From Treponemataceae bacterium (GTDB lineage: Bacteria > Spirochaetota > Spirochaetia > Treponematales > Rectinemataceae), in the NCBI GenBank assembly GCA_963677895.2, contig CAXXGJ010000006.1:288001-352000 (forward strand): DNA of 64,000 nucleotides, written 5' to 3'. Made by a program: the position numbers and the translations under genes. The notes beneath the pieces are model-generated. The model was not told the origin of the DNA, ran no database searches, and saw only the letters and a program-made list of their open reading frames with translations. This document shows positions 19,253 to 28,700 of this stretch, piece after piece. Every line of letters starts with the position of its first letter. The first letter of the stretch is position 1.

Positions 19253-22200
19253 TCGAACGATACAAGCCGCGCGTTCCCCGCAAGTTCGTGGGAGGCTACA
19301 GGCCCAAGCTCGATGGCCCGGACAAGGCCTCGGGCCGCGCCCAGTACGCCGATGACATGACGCTGAAGTCCCGTTTTCCCGATATGCTGTACGCGAAGAT
19401 ACTCCGCAGCCCTTACCCGAGCGCCCGAATCAAGAAATTCGACAAGAGCAAGGCCGAAGCCCTGCCCGGCGTCGTCGCGGTGATGACCTACAAGGATCCG
19501 GAGTTCACGTCCCTGAAGCTGACCAATGCCGGCTGGACGGACTGCGTGGATACCGTCACCTGGGACCGGATGATGTTCCCCTTCCGCGACAGGCGCGTCC
19601 TGGGCGAATACGCCTCCTGGGTGGGCGACGAAATGGGCATCGCCGTCGCCGCCGAATCGGAGGAGATAGCCGAAGAAGCCCTGAAGCTCATCGACATCGA
19701 GTGGGAAACCAGGCCCTTCGTCCTCGACCCCATCGAGGCTATGGGCAAGAACGCTCCCCTCGTCCATCCCGACCTCACCGACTCCAACGTCCTCAAGCCC
19801 GACCCGACGGGCGGCCCCGACGTCTTCGAGGACAGAGGCGATGTCGAGGCGGCCTTCAAGGACGCCGACTTCGTCGTAGAGGGCAGTTCGACCTTCCACA
19901 ACGCCACGCAAGGGTCCATGGACAACTGGTGTTGCCTCATGCAGTGGAAGGAAGGCCAGCTCACGGCCTGGTCCAATTCCTACGCCGCCGACCAGCTCCG
20001 CATGCATATAAGCGAGATGCTCGGCCTGCCGCTCCACAAGATACGGGCCATAGCCTCCTACGTCGGCGGCCAATTCGGCCGCGGCGATACGGGCGATCAG
20101 CCCTTCTTCCTCGTCACCAGCCTCCTCGCCATGAAGACGGGAAGGCCGGTCAAATACAGGCACACGAGACATCAGAGTTTCCTCAACACCAGGCAGCCCG
20201 CCATCTATGATTTTAAGGCCGGCCTGAAAAAGGATGGGACACTTACCGCCCTTTACACGAAGGCGATCGGCAACGTCGGCGCTTACGCCGACCTCTCCAT
20301 GTTCGCCCTCAAGTTCGTGCCAAAGGAATTGGCCGAAGTTTTCATGGCCCACGTCCCCAACCTCAGGATGGAGGCCTACGGGGTGTACGCCAACAACATC
20401 CCCGGCTGCATGATGCGCGGCGTCGGCAACTCCCAGTACAACCTCATCTTCGCTCACCTAATGGATGCCTGCGCCGAAAAGCTCGGCATGGATCCGATGG
20501 ATTTCTGCGTCAAGAACTTCGCCACCGAGTGGGAGAAGCTCCCTTCCGACAGCCTCATCGAGGTGCTGAAGGCGGGCGCGAGCCGACTGGGCTGGAAGGA
20601 AAAACGCCACGCCCCCGGCTTGGGACCCTTCATCGACGGCGTGAAGAAGAGGGGAGTGGGATTCTCCATTCACCCGTCCTGGCATGCCGAATGGCAGGAA
20701 AAGCGCCGCGGCAAGGTCCAGGTCAACCTCACCCTCAATCCGGACTGCACCATACTCCTCAACGCCGCCACCATCGAAGTGGGCGGCGGCTCCAATACCT
20801 GCAATGTCCTCGGCTGCGCCGAGGCCCTGAGCTTCCTCGGCATAGGCGTCGAGGACATCTACTGGTCGCCGATCGTGGACACCAAGGATGGCATCAAGGA
20901 CTGCGTGCAGACGGACAGCGCTGTGTCCTTCCTTCAGTCCGAAGTCATGGTGGATTCAGCGAAGGAACTCAAGGAAAAGCTCAGGGTAGCCGGCGCCGAA
21001 ATACTGAAGGTTCCGGCAGCCGATCTGGATTTCGTCGACGGCAAGGTCATCGTCGCGTCCAAACCTTCCCTGAAAATGACGATCAAGGAGATGCTGCGCA
21101 AGGGCGACAACGCACCCATCACCGTGGCCAAGAGCCGTTCGCCGGACGTCAAGCTCACGGGCGTCCCCTTCTTCGGCAACTTCGCCGAGGTCGAGGTGGA
21201 CACAAGCACGGGCAAGGTCGACGTGCAAAAACTGGTCGTCGTCAACGACTGCGGCACCGTCATGTACGCCTCGGGCGCCGAATCGCAGCAGATCGGCGGC
21301 CAGTGCATGGGCATGGGCGAGGCTCTCACCGAGGAAATCATCTACGACAAAGCCACAGGCATACCGCTCAATTTCAACTGGGTGGATTACACCATCCCGA
21401 CCATGGCCGACATGCCGGAAATTGAGCCGGTGCTCCTCGAGGTATGGAAGGGCGTGGGCGAATACGGCGCCTGCGGAATAGGAGAGGGTACGGTTTCCTG
21501 CACGCCGGGAGCCATCGCGAACGCGATCTACAACGCCATTGGGGTCAGGGTGAACGACATTCCGATCAAACCGGAAAAGATCCTGAAAGCCTTGGAAAGG
21601 ACTGAGGGGATAGCCATGGGAATGCACAAATTCGATCATATCGCGGCGAAATCGCTCGATGATGCGGTGACGCAGATCGGCAAGTATCGCAAGACCGCGG
21701 TCGTAGTGGCAGGCGGGACTGATATCCTCGGAATACTGAAGGACGAAGTCCATCCTGTATATCCCAAAGTCCTCGTGGACATAAAAACCATCGATGGGCT
21801 TTCGTACATCCGCGAGGAAACGGGCGGCTTGAAGATCGGGGCGCTCACCACCCTCTCCGAGATAACGAAAAACGGGACGGTCAGGAAGAAGTACCCCCTG
21901 CTAGCCGAGGCGGCGCACGCGGTCGCTTCTCCCCAGCTGAGGAACATGGGCACCATAGGCGGCAATCTCTGCCAGGAGCCGCGCTGCTGGTACTATCGCG
22001 GACTCGACAACAGCTTCCATTGCCTCAGGAAGGGCGGGGATCATTGTCCGGCCTTGACCGGCGAAAACCGCTACCATTCCATATTCGGCTCCATGCGGGT
22101 AGGCAGGCCGGGCTGCTCCTCGGAGTGCCCGGACAATATCGACATACCCCGCTACATGGAAAGGATACGCGCCGGCGAGATAGCCGAAGCGGGGCGCATC

Positions 22201-24012
22201 ATCCTGGAGAACAACCCGATGCCGGCCGTCACAGGCCGCGTCTGCCCGCATTTCTGCGAGCAGGGCTGCAACCGCGGCGAACAGGACAGCGCCGTTTCGA
22301 TCAGGGCGGTGGAACGCCGCGTGGGCGATTACATCCTCGAGAACAAGAAGAAGTACCAGAAGGCTCCCGCCAAGGAAAAAGGCAAGAAGATCGCGATCAT
22401 CGGGGGCGGACCGGCCGGCCTCGCCTGCGCCTATTTCCTGCGGCTCAAGGGTTTCGGCGTCGTGATCTACGACAAACAGCCCAAGCTCGGCGGAATGCTG
22501 CGCTACGGCATCCCCGACTTCAGGCTTTCCCCGGGCGTGCTGGACAGCGAGATCGATTTCATCCTCTCGCATGGCATCGTCGCGAAGACCGGCACGCAGC
22601 TCGGCAAGGATTTCACGCTCGACAGCCTCAGAAAGGAAGGCTTCAACGCCGTCTTCCTCGCGATGGGTTCCTGGCGCGCAAAAGGCATGGGTGTCGAGAA
22701 CGAAAAGCATCCGAACATCCTCCCCGGCATTTCCTTCCTGGAAGGCGTCAAGTGGAACGGACCGCCCGCGATGAACGGCATCGTCGCCGTCGTCGGCGGC
22801 GGCAACACGGCCATCGACGCCGCGAGGACAGCGCTCCGCTGCGGGGCGAAGAAGGTCGTCCTCCTCTATCGCAGGACGCGAGCAGAGATGCCCGCCGAAG
22901 ACGAAGAAATCGAGGACGCGATCAAGGAAGGCATCGAGCTGCAGTTCCTCGTCGCCCCGAAGAAAGTCCTGCTGGGAGGCGCGAAACTTGAGGGCCTCGA
23001 ATGCTGCAAGATGAGGCTCGGCGAGCCTGACGCATCCGGGCGGCCGCGTCCCGTCGAGATAAAGGGAAGCGACTTCCTCTTCAAGGCCGACTGGGTGGTT
23101 TCGGCCATCGGCCAGGACCAGAACCTGTTGGGTCTCGACAATACGTCCTATGGCGCCATCGCGCTGACCAAAGGCAACGGCATCGATGCCGACCCCGAAA
23201 CCTATCAGACGAGCGCGGCCGGAGTATTCGCCGGCGGCGATGTAGCGACCGGACCGGCCACGGTGGTGGAAGCCCTCGCGGCGGGAAGGAAAACGGCTGA
23301 CTCGATCGAGGAATACCTCGCCGGCGGCGCGCTGAAGAAGGCCGCGGAGGGTCCCGGAAGGGCGGGAAAACTCAGGCCGATCAACGACAAGGCGCTCAAG
23401 CCTTCGGAGCGGGCAAGCGTCAAGGAGCTGGACCCCTGCGAGCGTTGCATGGACAAGGAAGACTATGCGACGCTCGAGGACGGCAAGGTGAGCATGGAAG
23501 CCCATCGCTGCCTCGACTGCAGCTGCGTGGCCGTCAACGCTTCCGACGTCGCGCCGGCGCTGATCGCGCTGGGGGCGACGATCAAGACGACCAAAAGGGA
23601 CATCGCGGCCGAGGACTTCTATACGGTGGATCTGATGACGACCACTGTGCTTGCCGTCGATGAACTCGTGACCGAAATCTCCATACCGGCGCCCAAGGCC
23701 GGGACAAAATTCAGCTTCCAGAAATTCAGGGTGCGCAATTCCATAGATTTCCCGATCGTGAGCGTCGCCTCCGCCCTGGACTTCGAGAAAGGAAAAATCA
23801 ACGGCGCCAGGATAGTGTTCGGCGCGGTCGCGCCCATTCCGCTAAGGGCCGTGAATGTCGAGGAAATCCTCATCGGAAAGACGGCGAGCGAGGAGACGGC
23901 CGAGATCGCGGGCGAGACAGCGGCCAAGCAGATGTTCCCGCTGGAGAGAAACCGGTACAAAGTGCAGATACTGAAGGGACTTTTGCGCAAAGCCATAGTG
24001 GCGGGCAAATAG
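19249..24012 (+). CDS. Fused molybdenum hydroxylase: Mo-binding subunit + FAD subunit with an inserted GltD/NfnL-like NADPH oxidoreductase (1587 aa)
   Basis: ATGA overlap with the small subunit. Mo part LRSPYPSA, YVGGQFG, MMRGVG, GIGEG; FAD part VAGGTD, LRNMGTIGGNLCQ; insert GRVCPHFCE, IIGGGPAG, GGGNTAID, YRR. Confidence 0.9.
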   Translation: MIERYKPRVPRKFVGGYRPKLDGPDKASGRAQYADDMTLKSRFPDMLYAKILRSPYPSARIKKFDKSKAEALPGVVAVMTYKDPEFTSLKLTNAGWTDCVDTVTWDRMMFPFRDRRVLGEYASWVGDEMGIAVAAESEEIAEEALKLIDIEWETRPFVLDPIEAMGKNAPLVHPDLTDSNVLKPDPTGGPDVFEDRGDVEAAFKDADFVVEGSSTFHNATQGSMDNWCCLMQWKEGQLTAWSNSYAADQLRMHISEMLGLPLHKIRAIASYVGGQFGRGDTGDQPFFLVTSLLAMKTGRPVKYRHTRHQSFLNTRQPAIYDFKAGLKKDGTLTALYTKAIGNVGAYADLSMFALKFVPKELAEVFMAHVPNLRMEAYGVYANNIPGCMMRGVGNSQYNLIFAHLMDACAEKLGMDPMDFCVKNFATEWEKLPSDSLIEVLKAGASRLGWKEKRHAPGLGPFIDGVKKRGVGFSIHPSWHAEWQEKRRGKVQVNLTLNPDCTILLNAATIEVGGGSNTCNVLGCAEALSFLGIGVEDIYWSPIVDTKDGIKDCVQTDSAVSFLQSEVMVDSAKELKEKLRVAGAEILKVPAADLDFVDGKVIVASKPSLKMTIKEMLRKGDNAPITVAKSRSPDVKLTGVPFFGNFAEVEVDTSTGKVDVQKLVVVNDCGTVMYASGAESQQIGGQCMGMGEALTEEIIYDKATGIPLNFNWVDYTIPTMADMPEIEPVLLEVWKGVGEYGACGIGEGTVSCTPGAIANAIYNAIGVRVNDIPIKPEKILKALERTEGIAMGMHKFDHIAAKSLDDAVTQIGKYRKTAVVVAGGTDILGILKDEVHPVYPKVLVDIKTIDGLSYIREETGGLKIGALTTLSEITKNGTVRKKYPLLAEAAHAVASPQLRNMGTIGGNLCQEPRCWYYRGLDNSFHCLRKGGDHCPALTGENRYHSIFGSMRVGRPGCSSECPDNIDIPRYMERIRAGEIAEAGRIILENNPMPAVTGRVCPHFCEQGCNRGEQDSAVSIRAVERRVGDYILENKKKYQKAPAKEKGKKIAIIGGGPAGLACAYFLRLKGFGVVIYDKQPKLGGMLRYGIPDFRLSPGVLDSEIDFILSHGIVAKTGTQLGKDFTLDSLRKEGFNAVFLAMGSWRAKGMGVENEKHPNILPGISFLEGVKWNGPPAMNGIVAVVGGGNTAIDAARTALRCGAKKVVLLYRRTRAEMPAEDEEIEDAIKEGIELQFLVAPKKVLLGGAKLEGLECCKMRLGEPDASGRPRPVEIKGSDFLFKADWVVSAIGQDQNLLGLDNTSYGAIALTKGNGIDADPETYQTSAAGVFAGGDVATGPATVVEALAAGRKTADSIEEYLAGGALKKAAEGPGRAGKLRPINDKALKPSERASVKELDPCERCMDKEDYATLEDGKVSMEAHRCLDCSCVAVNASDVAPALIALGATIKTTKRDIAAEDFYTVDLMTTTVLAVDELVTEISIPAPKAGTKFSFQKFRVRNSIDFPIVSVASALDFEKGKINGARIVFGAVAPIPLRAVNVEEILIGKTASEETAEIAGETAAKQMFPLERNRYKVQILKGLLRKAIVAGK

Positions 24013-24025
24013 GCGGCGCGGGAAA

Positions 24026-24060
24026 GCGCCCGCCTGCCATCGTCGATGGCGGGCGGGCGC
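24026..24060. terminator. GC-rich hairpin between convergent genes
   Basis: GCGCCCGCCTGCCATC/GATGGCGGGCGGGCGC, 16-bp stem with one G-U pair; no U tract. Confidence 0.55.
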
Positions 24061-24097
24061 CGAAGCCGCTCCTTATCGTTTTCCGGGCCGTATCGGC

Positions 24098-26812
24098 CTA
24101 ATTCCGTATTTTCCGCGAATCCAGCCAGTTCCGAAGCGGCGGCAGCGTCTCCGCCACCAGCCCGACCAGGTCGGTTCCCATATCCTCGTCGTATCGCGAA
24201 AGAATGAAACCGGTTAGTTCCTCGTCGAGCATAGGCCGGTCCAGGGCGCCCAGAAGATCGCCGAGAGGGCGCGCCGGCGCCGTGCCTTTGCTGTTTCGCG
24301 GCGCCGCGCTTTTGCCGCTCCACAGCGTCGAAACGGGAGAGCTCGACAGCTCGAACAGCGAAATGAGCGAATTCCTGGTGCGCGGTTCTTCGCGGTAGAG
24401 GTAGAGGAGATCGAGAATGGCTATGTATTTCTCCTCTCCCTCGTTTTCTATGATCCTCGGTATGATCTCCTCGATATTGTGCCTGCGCAGTCTCAGAACG
24501 GCCATGTATTTCCCGCCGCCTTCGATGAATCCGGCGACGAAGTCCGACCAGATCTTCGTCTGGACGATGCTGGGAATTTTCAGCATATTGCCGAGCGGGG
24601 CGAAAACGGCCGCGAAGGGCCACGCGATCACGCTGCGGAAGAAGTTCGCGCGCACAACCTTCTTGTCGAAACCGCGCAACGTGTTGTGCGCGGCGAGGTA
24701 TAGTCCGTTCGCGAAAGAGATGACGAAAAACTTGGCCAGGTTGAAAAACATGCCATCCTGCGCCCATGGCCAGACGATATCGAAATTCGACTTGACGAAT
24801 CCGAGGATGGGCACCGAAAAGCCCGTCCAGAACAAGGATTGGGCGACATTGTCGAAACTGATGCTTTTCAGTTTCCATTCGCTGAGCCGGCCGCCGCGGT
24901 TTGATACGAGGTCGGCGACGCTGTTCCTGAAGCCGGTGATGCCCAGCCACAGCAGCGCGTAGGACCAGCCTATGAAATGATTGGCCACGATGAAACCGAT
25001 GAAGGTGTAAAGATAATTCTTCAAGGATGGGTTGAGATAACGCCATACCTTCCGGGGCGGTATGAAAGCGTTTTCGGCCGACGAACCTTCTCCCGCGCCG
25101 CCCCACTCCGAAAGCTTGCCCAGGCAGACAATGGGCGATACCGAATTTGCGTCGGATTCCCGGACTGGCTTTCCTTCCGCGTCGATCATGGCCGAGATGA
25201 AAGGCGAAAGCGCTATGTGCCGGGAAAGGAAATTCCCTTTTCGCGAGCCGAGGATCCTGTCTTCCCGGGTAAACCCCATGCCGGGTATTTTCGGATGCCG
25301 GCCGGTGGAATCGCTTCCGCATACGGGAATATAGGGAGCCTTGCCTTCCTTGAGCGCGCGCTCATTGAGCGCGTTGACGCGGACGGCGAAGCCTTGTATT
25401 TCTCCAGGATCGCGCCCAACGCAGTCCTGGATATTGTAAAGTTCGACGAGATCGATGACGCCGCGGTATTCCGTCAATACTTCGACCGCTTTCTCCACGC
25501 CGTGCTCAAGTGGATGGAGCATTTTGAGTCCGCATCCCGCCGTCGAAAGCATCGATTTTACCGCCGCTATATCGTCGAAGGCTGACTGGTAGTCGATCAG
25601 GGCGGGGCCGTCGAAGTACTGCTTGAGGAGGCTGTCAGGCGACATGCCCTTGAAGGTCTTCTTCAGGTTTGCGTATGTTTCGTCGATGGCGCGGTGTTCG
25701 GCTTCCGTGCCGCGCTTGCGTTTCCATTCGTCTTGGGCCTTGCTTTTCCGCACTTTAAGCAGAAGTAGCCTGTTGAACATGACCGGCCTAAGCGTGCTGT
25801 AGAGGAATTCAGCCAGATGGATGCGATTGATGCTCATCGTGGGAATGAAAGCGTTCAACGCTTCAAACGTCAGTTCCGGTACCGTGTAGAGCGGTTCGTC
25901 CGGGAACCCCCTGTTCAGGGCTTCGAGCGAGGCGACGTTGAACTCCTGCAGCACCCCGCGCACCGCCTCTATCCGATGGTTCTGGTTCTTCTCGAGGTCG
26001 GCGAAAAAATCCCGGAGGGCATCGGCATTCGTCTGGAAAAAAGCCCTGGCGTCGGCCGGCGTCCTCATTCGAGGCAGGATCGCCATGAAATGGAAACGGC
26101 GGCCCTGGACGGCCATGCTGAACTCGAAGCCGATGTTGATCCTGATGCCGATGATCCGTCCCGCCTCCAGGACTTCTTCCATCATTTCGATGTCGGAGGG
26201 AGAGCCGTAGGCCACCGTAAGCTCGGAAATGCCTTTTATGAACGCGTCGATAATGAGCTGGGTGGGATTTTTCCGGCCCGAGGTGGCCGTGTCGTGGACA
26301 TGGTCGTCCCAGCCGTAGTCGAAATCCTCGAGCCTTGTCCCGTTTTCCGGGAGGAGAACGATATTGAGTTCATCGCAGAGCCGCTGGATGACCTGTTTCT
26401 GGCCATGCGTGGATATGGAAAAATCGTGAAGTAGTTCCAGCTGCCGTCTTTTGTTCTGCCTGTTCTTCACCGCTTCCTTCATGAGCGCCATCTGGACGCG
26501 GGCGGTGTTGAGGGGCAGGTCGAGGCTTTTCGAGTTGAAGGACGCGTCGACGAGGACGCGAAGCGCTTCGAGCCTCGAGCGGGAATGCCTCGAATCGAGG
26601 TTGGAAACGACCATAAGGTAGGATTCCGCGATCGAAATCCTCCGGTGCGAAAACCAGCGATTTACGCCGCGAACGCTGGAGGAGGGGGCGGCGATACTGT
26701 CAGGGCTGTCTATTTTGGCGTTCAGCTCGCGCCGCATCTTGCGCAGCTCGGCGGAAAAGCTGAGAGAACCGATGGCCGATTTATAGACTCTCTGGACGGC
26801 TGACTTTTTCAT
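24098..26812 (-). CDS. Large hypothetical protein with a PHP-like phosphoesterase core and C-terminal membrane domain
   Basis: DDHVHD, GFEFS, LHPL, VELYN and GSDS in PHP order; hydrophobic segments after about aa 600; AGGAG RBS. Confidence 0.7.
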   Translation of the reverse strand: MKKSAVQRVYKSAIGSLSFSAELRKMRRELNAKIDSPDSIAAPSSSVRGVNRWFSHRRISIAESYLMVVSNLDSRHSRSRLEALRVLVDASFNSKSLDLPLNTARVQMALMKEAVKNRQNKRRQLELLHDFSISTHGQKQVIQRLCDELNIVLLPENGTRLEDFDYGWDDHVHDTATSGRKNPTQLIIDAFIKGISELTVAYGSPSDIEMMEEVLEAGRIIGIRINIGFEFSMAVQGRRFHFMAILPRMRTPADARAFFQTNADALRDFFADLEKNQNHRIEAVRGVLQEFNVASLEALNRGFPDEPLYTVPELTFEALNAFIPTMSINRIHLAEFLYSTLRPVMFNRLLLLKVRKSKAQDEWKRKRGTEAEHRAIDETYANLKKTFKGMSPDSLLKQYFDGPALIDYQSAFDDIAAVKSMLSTAGCGLKMLHPLEHGVEKAVEVLTEYRGVIDLVELYNIQDCVGRDPGEIQGFAVRVNALNERALKEGKAPYIPVCGSDSTGRHPKIPGMGFTREDRILGSRKGNFLSRHIALSPFISAMIDAEGKPVRESDANSVSPIVCLGKLSEWGGAGEGSSAENAFIPPRKVWRYLNPSLKNYLYTFIGFIVANHFIGWSYALLWLGITGFRNSVADLVSNRGGRLSEWKLKSISFDNVAQSLFWTGFSVPILGFVKSNFDIVWPWAQDGMFFNLAKFFVISFANGLYLAAHNTLRGFDKKVVRANFFRSVIAWPFAAVFAPLGNMLKIPSIVQTKIWSDFVAGFIEGGGKYMAVLRLRRHNIEEIIPRIIENEGEEKYIAILDLLYLYREEPRTRNSLISLFELSSSPVSTLWSGKSAAPRNSKGTAPARPLGDLLGALDRPMLDEELTGFILSRYDEDMGTDLVGLVAETLPPLRNWLDSRKIRN

Positions 26813-27013
26813 CTGCTCCTATCCTCATCATGTTAAGCGAACAAGTAGTGTAGAATCTGCGCGGCTGATGGTCAACCGGATTTTTGTTCAACGATGGATT
26901 TAAAATCGGCTCCTAGGAGACAGACCATGAGCCTGAGGGGGTTCCGCATAGTGACAGCGGGCACAGAACGCTTTATGGTAAAGAATGCATATTTGACGGG
27001 GAGGAAGATCAGC

Positions 27014-27298
27014 ATGTTCATCATAATGTCGACGTATCTGAAACCGATGGACCAGGTGGATGCCTTTTTGAAGGCCCATAGGGCATTTTTGGATGCTCAA
27101 TACGCGAAGGGCGTCTTTCTGGCCTCGGGGCCCAAGGTTCCGAGGACAGGCGGGGTAATCCTGGCCAAGGCTTCCTCGAGGGACGAGCTGGAAGCGATCA
27201 TGAAGGAAGACCCGTTTTCCCAAAACGGAATCTCCAAATACGAATTCATCGAGTTTGCGCCGGGGAAAGTGGCGCCCGGGCTGGAAAAGCTGCTATAA
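27014..27298 (+). CDS. YciI-family protein
   Basis: AHRAFL, FLASGPKVPRTGGVIL, EDPF; GGAGG RBS. Confidence 0.9.
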   Translation: MFIIMSTYLKPMDQVDAFLKAHRAFLDAQYAKGVFLASGPKVPRTGGVILAKASSRDELEAIMKEDPFSQNGISKYEFIEFAPGKVAPGLEKLL

Positions 27299-27319
27299 AG
27301 CATCGCGGGAGGACGCGGC

Positions 27320-28255
27320 ATGAAAAATATCGCGGTAATAGGCATAGGCGGAATCGGCGGGTATTTCGGAGGGAAGCTCACCCAGCTTCTTGGGCGGGAC
27401 TCGCAGGTCAATGTATATTTCATAGCGCGGGGCAGGCAGCTGGAGGCGATACAGTCGGGCGGCCTCGTCCTGGACGCCGAGGAAGGGCGGATGGCCTGCG
27501 TTCCCACGAAAGCGATGGAACGCATCGCGGACCTGCCTCCGCTGGATTATTGCCTGATCTGCGTCAAGGGTTATGACTTGGCGGAGGTGCTTCGGCAGCT
27601 GAAAGATAAGATCTCCGACTCCACCGTGATCCTGCCCCTGCTCAATGGCGTCGACATATTCGAGCGTGTGCGCGCCGTCATCAAGAATGGCTATCTACAT
27701 CCCGCCTGTGTCTACATCAGCAGCTTCGTGGAAAAACCGGGCGTCGTGATTCAGCGCGGGCCCTCGAGCACGATACTTCTCGGCCCCGATCCCGGGCGGA
27801 ATCCGGAGGACAGGTCAATTCTCGCGCCGCTCGAGGCGGCGGGGATAAAGCATGGCTGGAAGGAAGAGCCTTTCGTCGAAATATGGAACAAGTACCTTTT
27901 CATCGCTCCCTTCGGCCTCGTCACCGCGAATACGGGCAAAACCATCGGCGAAGCGCTGCGGTCGGAAGAAGACTTAAGCACCGTGAAGTCGATCATGGGC
28001 GAAATCGTGGCGCTCGCCCGCGCGAAAGGGATTGGGCTGTCCGCCGGCATCGTCGAGGAAACGCTGGCGAAGACGGCCAAGTTTCCGGCCGAAACCAGGA
28101 CTTCTTTCCAGAGGGATGTCAGCGTTGCGGAGAAGCCGGACGAAAGGGATCTGTTCGCCGGTTCGATAATCAGGATGGGCAAGTGTTTCGCCATACCCAC
28201 CCCTGTCACTGAGGCGGTTTTCGCTTCGATCGAGCGAAAGAAGCCGGGGCGTTAG
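27320..28255 (+). CDS. panE: Ketopantoate reductase family protein
   Basis: GIGGIGGYFG, CVKGYD, LLNGVD, WNKYLFI, TSFQRD. Confidence 0.85.
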   Translation: MKNIAVIGIGGIGGYFGGKLTQLLGRDSQVNVYFIARGRQLEAIQSGGLVLDAEEGRMACVPTKAMERIADLPPLDYCLICVKGYDLAEVLRQLKDKISDSTVILPLLNGVDIFERVRAVIKNGYLHPACVYISSFVEKPGVVIQRGPSSTILLGPDPGRNPEDRSILAPLEAAGIKHGWKEEPFVEIWNKYLFIAPFGLVTANTGKTIGEALRSEEDLSTVKSIMGEIVALARAKGIGLSAGIVEETLAKTAKFPAETRTSFQRDVSVAEKPDERDLFAGSIIRMGKCFAIPTPVTEAVFASIERKKPGR

Positions 28256-28258
28256 CGA

Positions 28259-28687
28259 ATGCTGAACGAAGAAACCGTCAGGGCGCTCTGGTCGAAAACC
28301 TACAACACGCAGGGCAAACCCGACTGGTCCCATATCTACCCCTATTACCATCCCGATATCGTCTTCCAGGACTCGATACAGAAAATCGAGGGAATCGAGG
28401 AATTCAAGGCGCTCTGCGGGCGGCTGACGGAACGCTGCCGGGAACTCAGGATGGATATCCATGCCGTGGCACGCGACGGGAATGTCATATTCCTGCAGTG
28501 GACCATGACGATGATGTTCAAGAAATTCCCGAGCACGCCCGTCTATGGCTCGACGGTGCTCACCCTCCACGAGGACGGCAGGATCATAGGACAGCGCGAT
28601 TATTACGATTTGTGGGGCGATATTTTCAATGGCATTCCCTGGTTCCGGGCGCGATACCGGAAGTTCATGCGCAAGCGTTTTGGTTGA
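28259..28687 (+). CDS. SnoaL/NTF2-like protein
   Basis: YHPDIVFQD, IEG, LQWTM, GRIIGQRDYYD. Confidence 0.85.
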   Translation: MLNEETVRALWSKTYNTQGKPDWSHIYPYYHPDIVFQDSIQKIEGIEEFKALCGRLTERCRELRMDIHAVARDGNVIFLQWTMTMMFKKFPSTPVYGSTVLTLHEDGRIIGQRDYYDLWGDIFNGIPWFRARYRKFMRKRFG

Positions 28688-28700
28688 GTCCGGAGAAATA

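Noticed and set aside
21603..21605. TGA at the Mo/FAD junction as selenocysteine
   Set aside because: Out of frame; better explained as the former stop codon.
23619..25322. Long alternative-frame ORFs (also 405-1307, 21901-23505, 32052-33788, 55608-57203)
   Set aside because: Shadow frames of recognisable genes, with no motifs; typical of GC-rich DNA.
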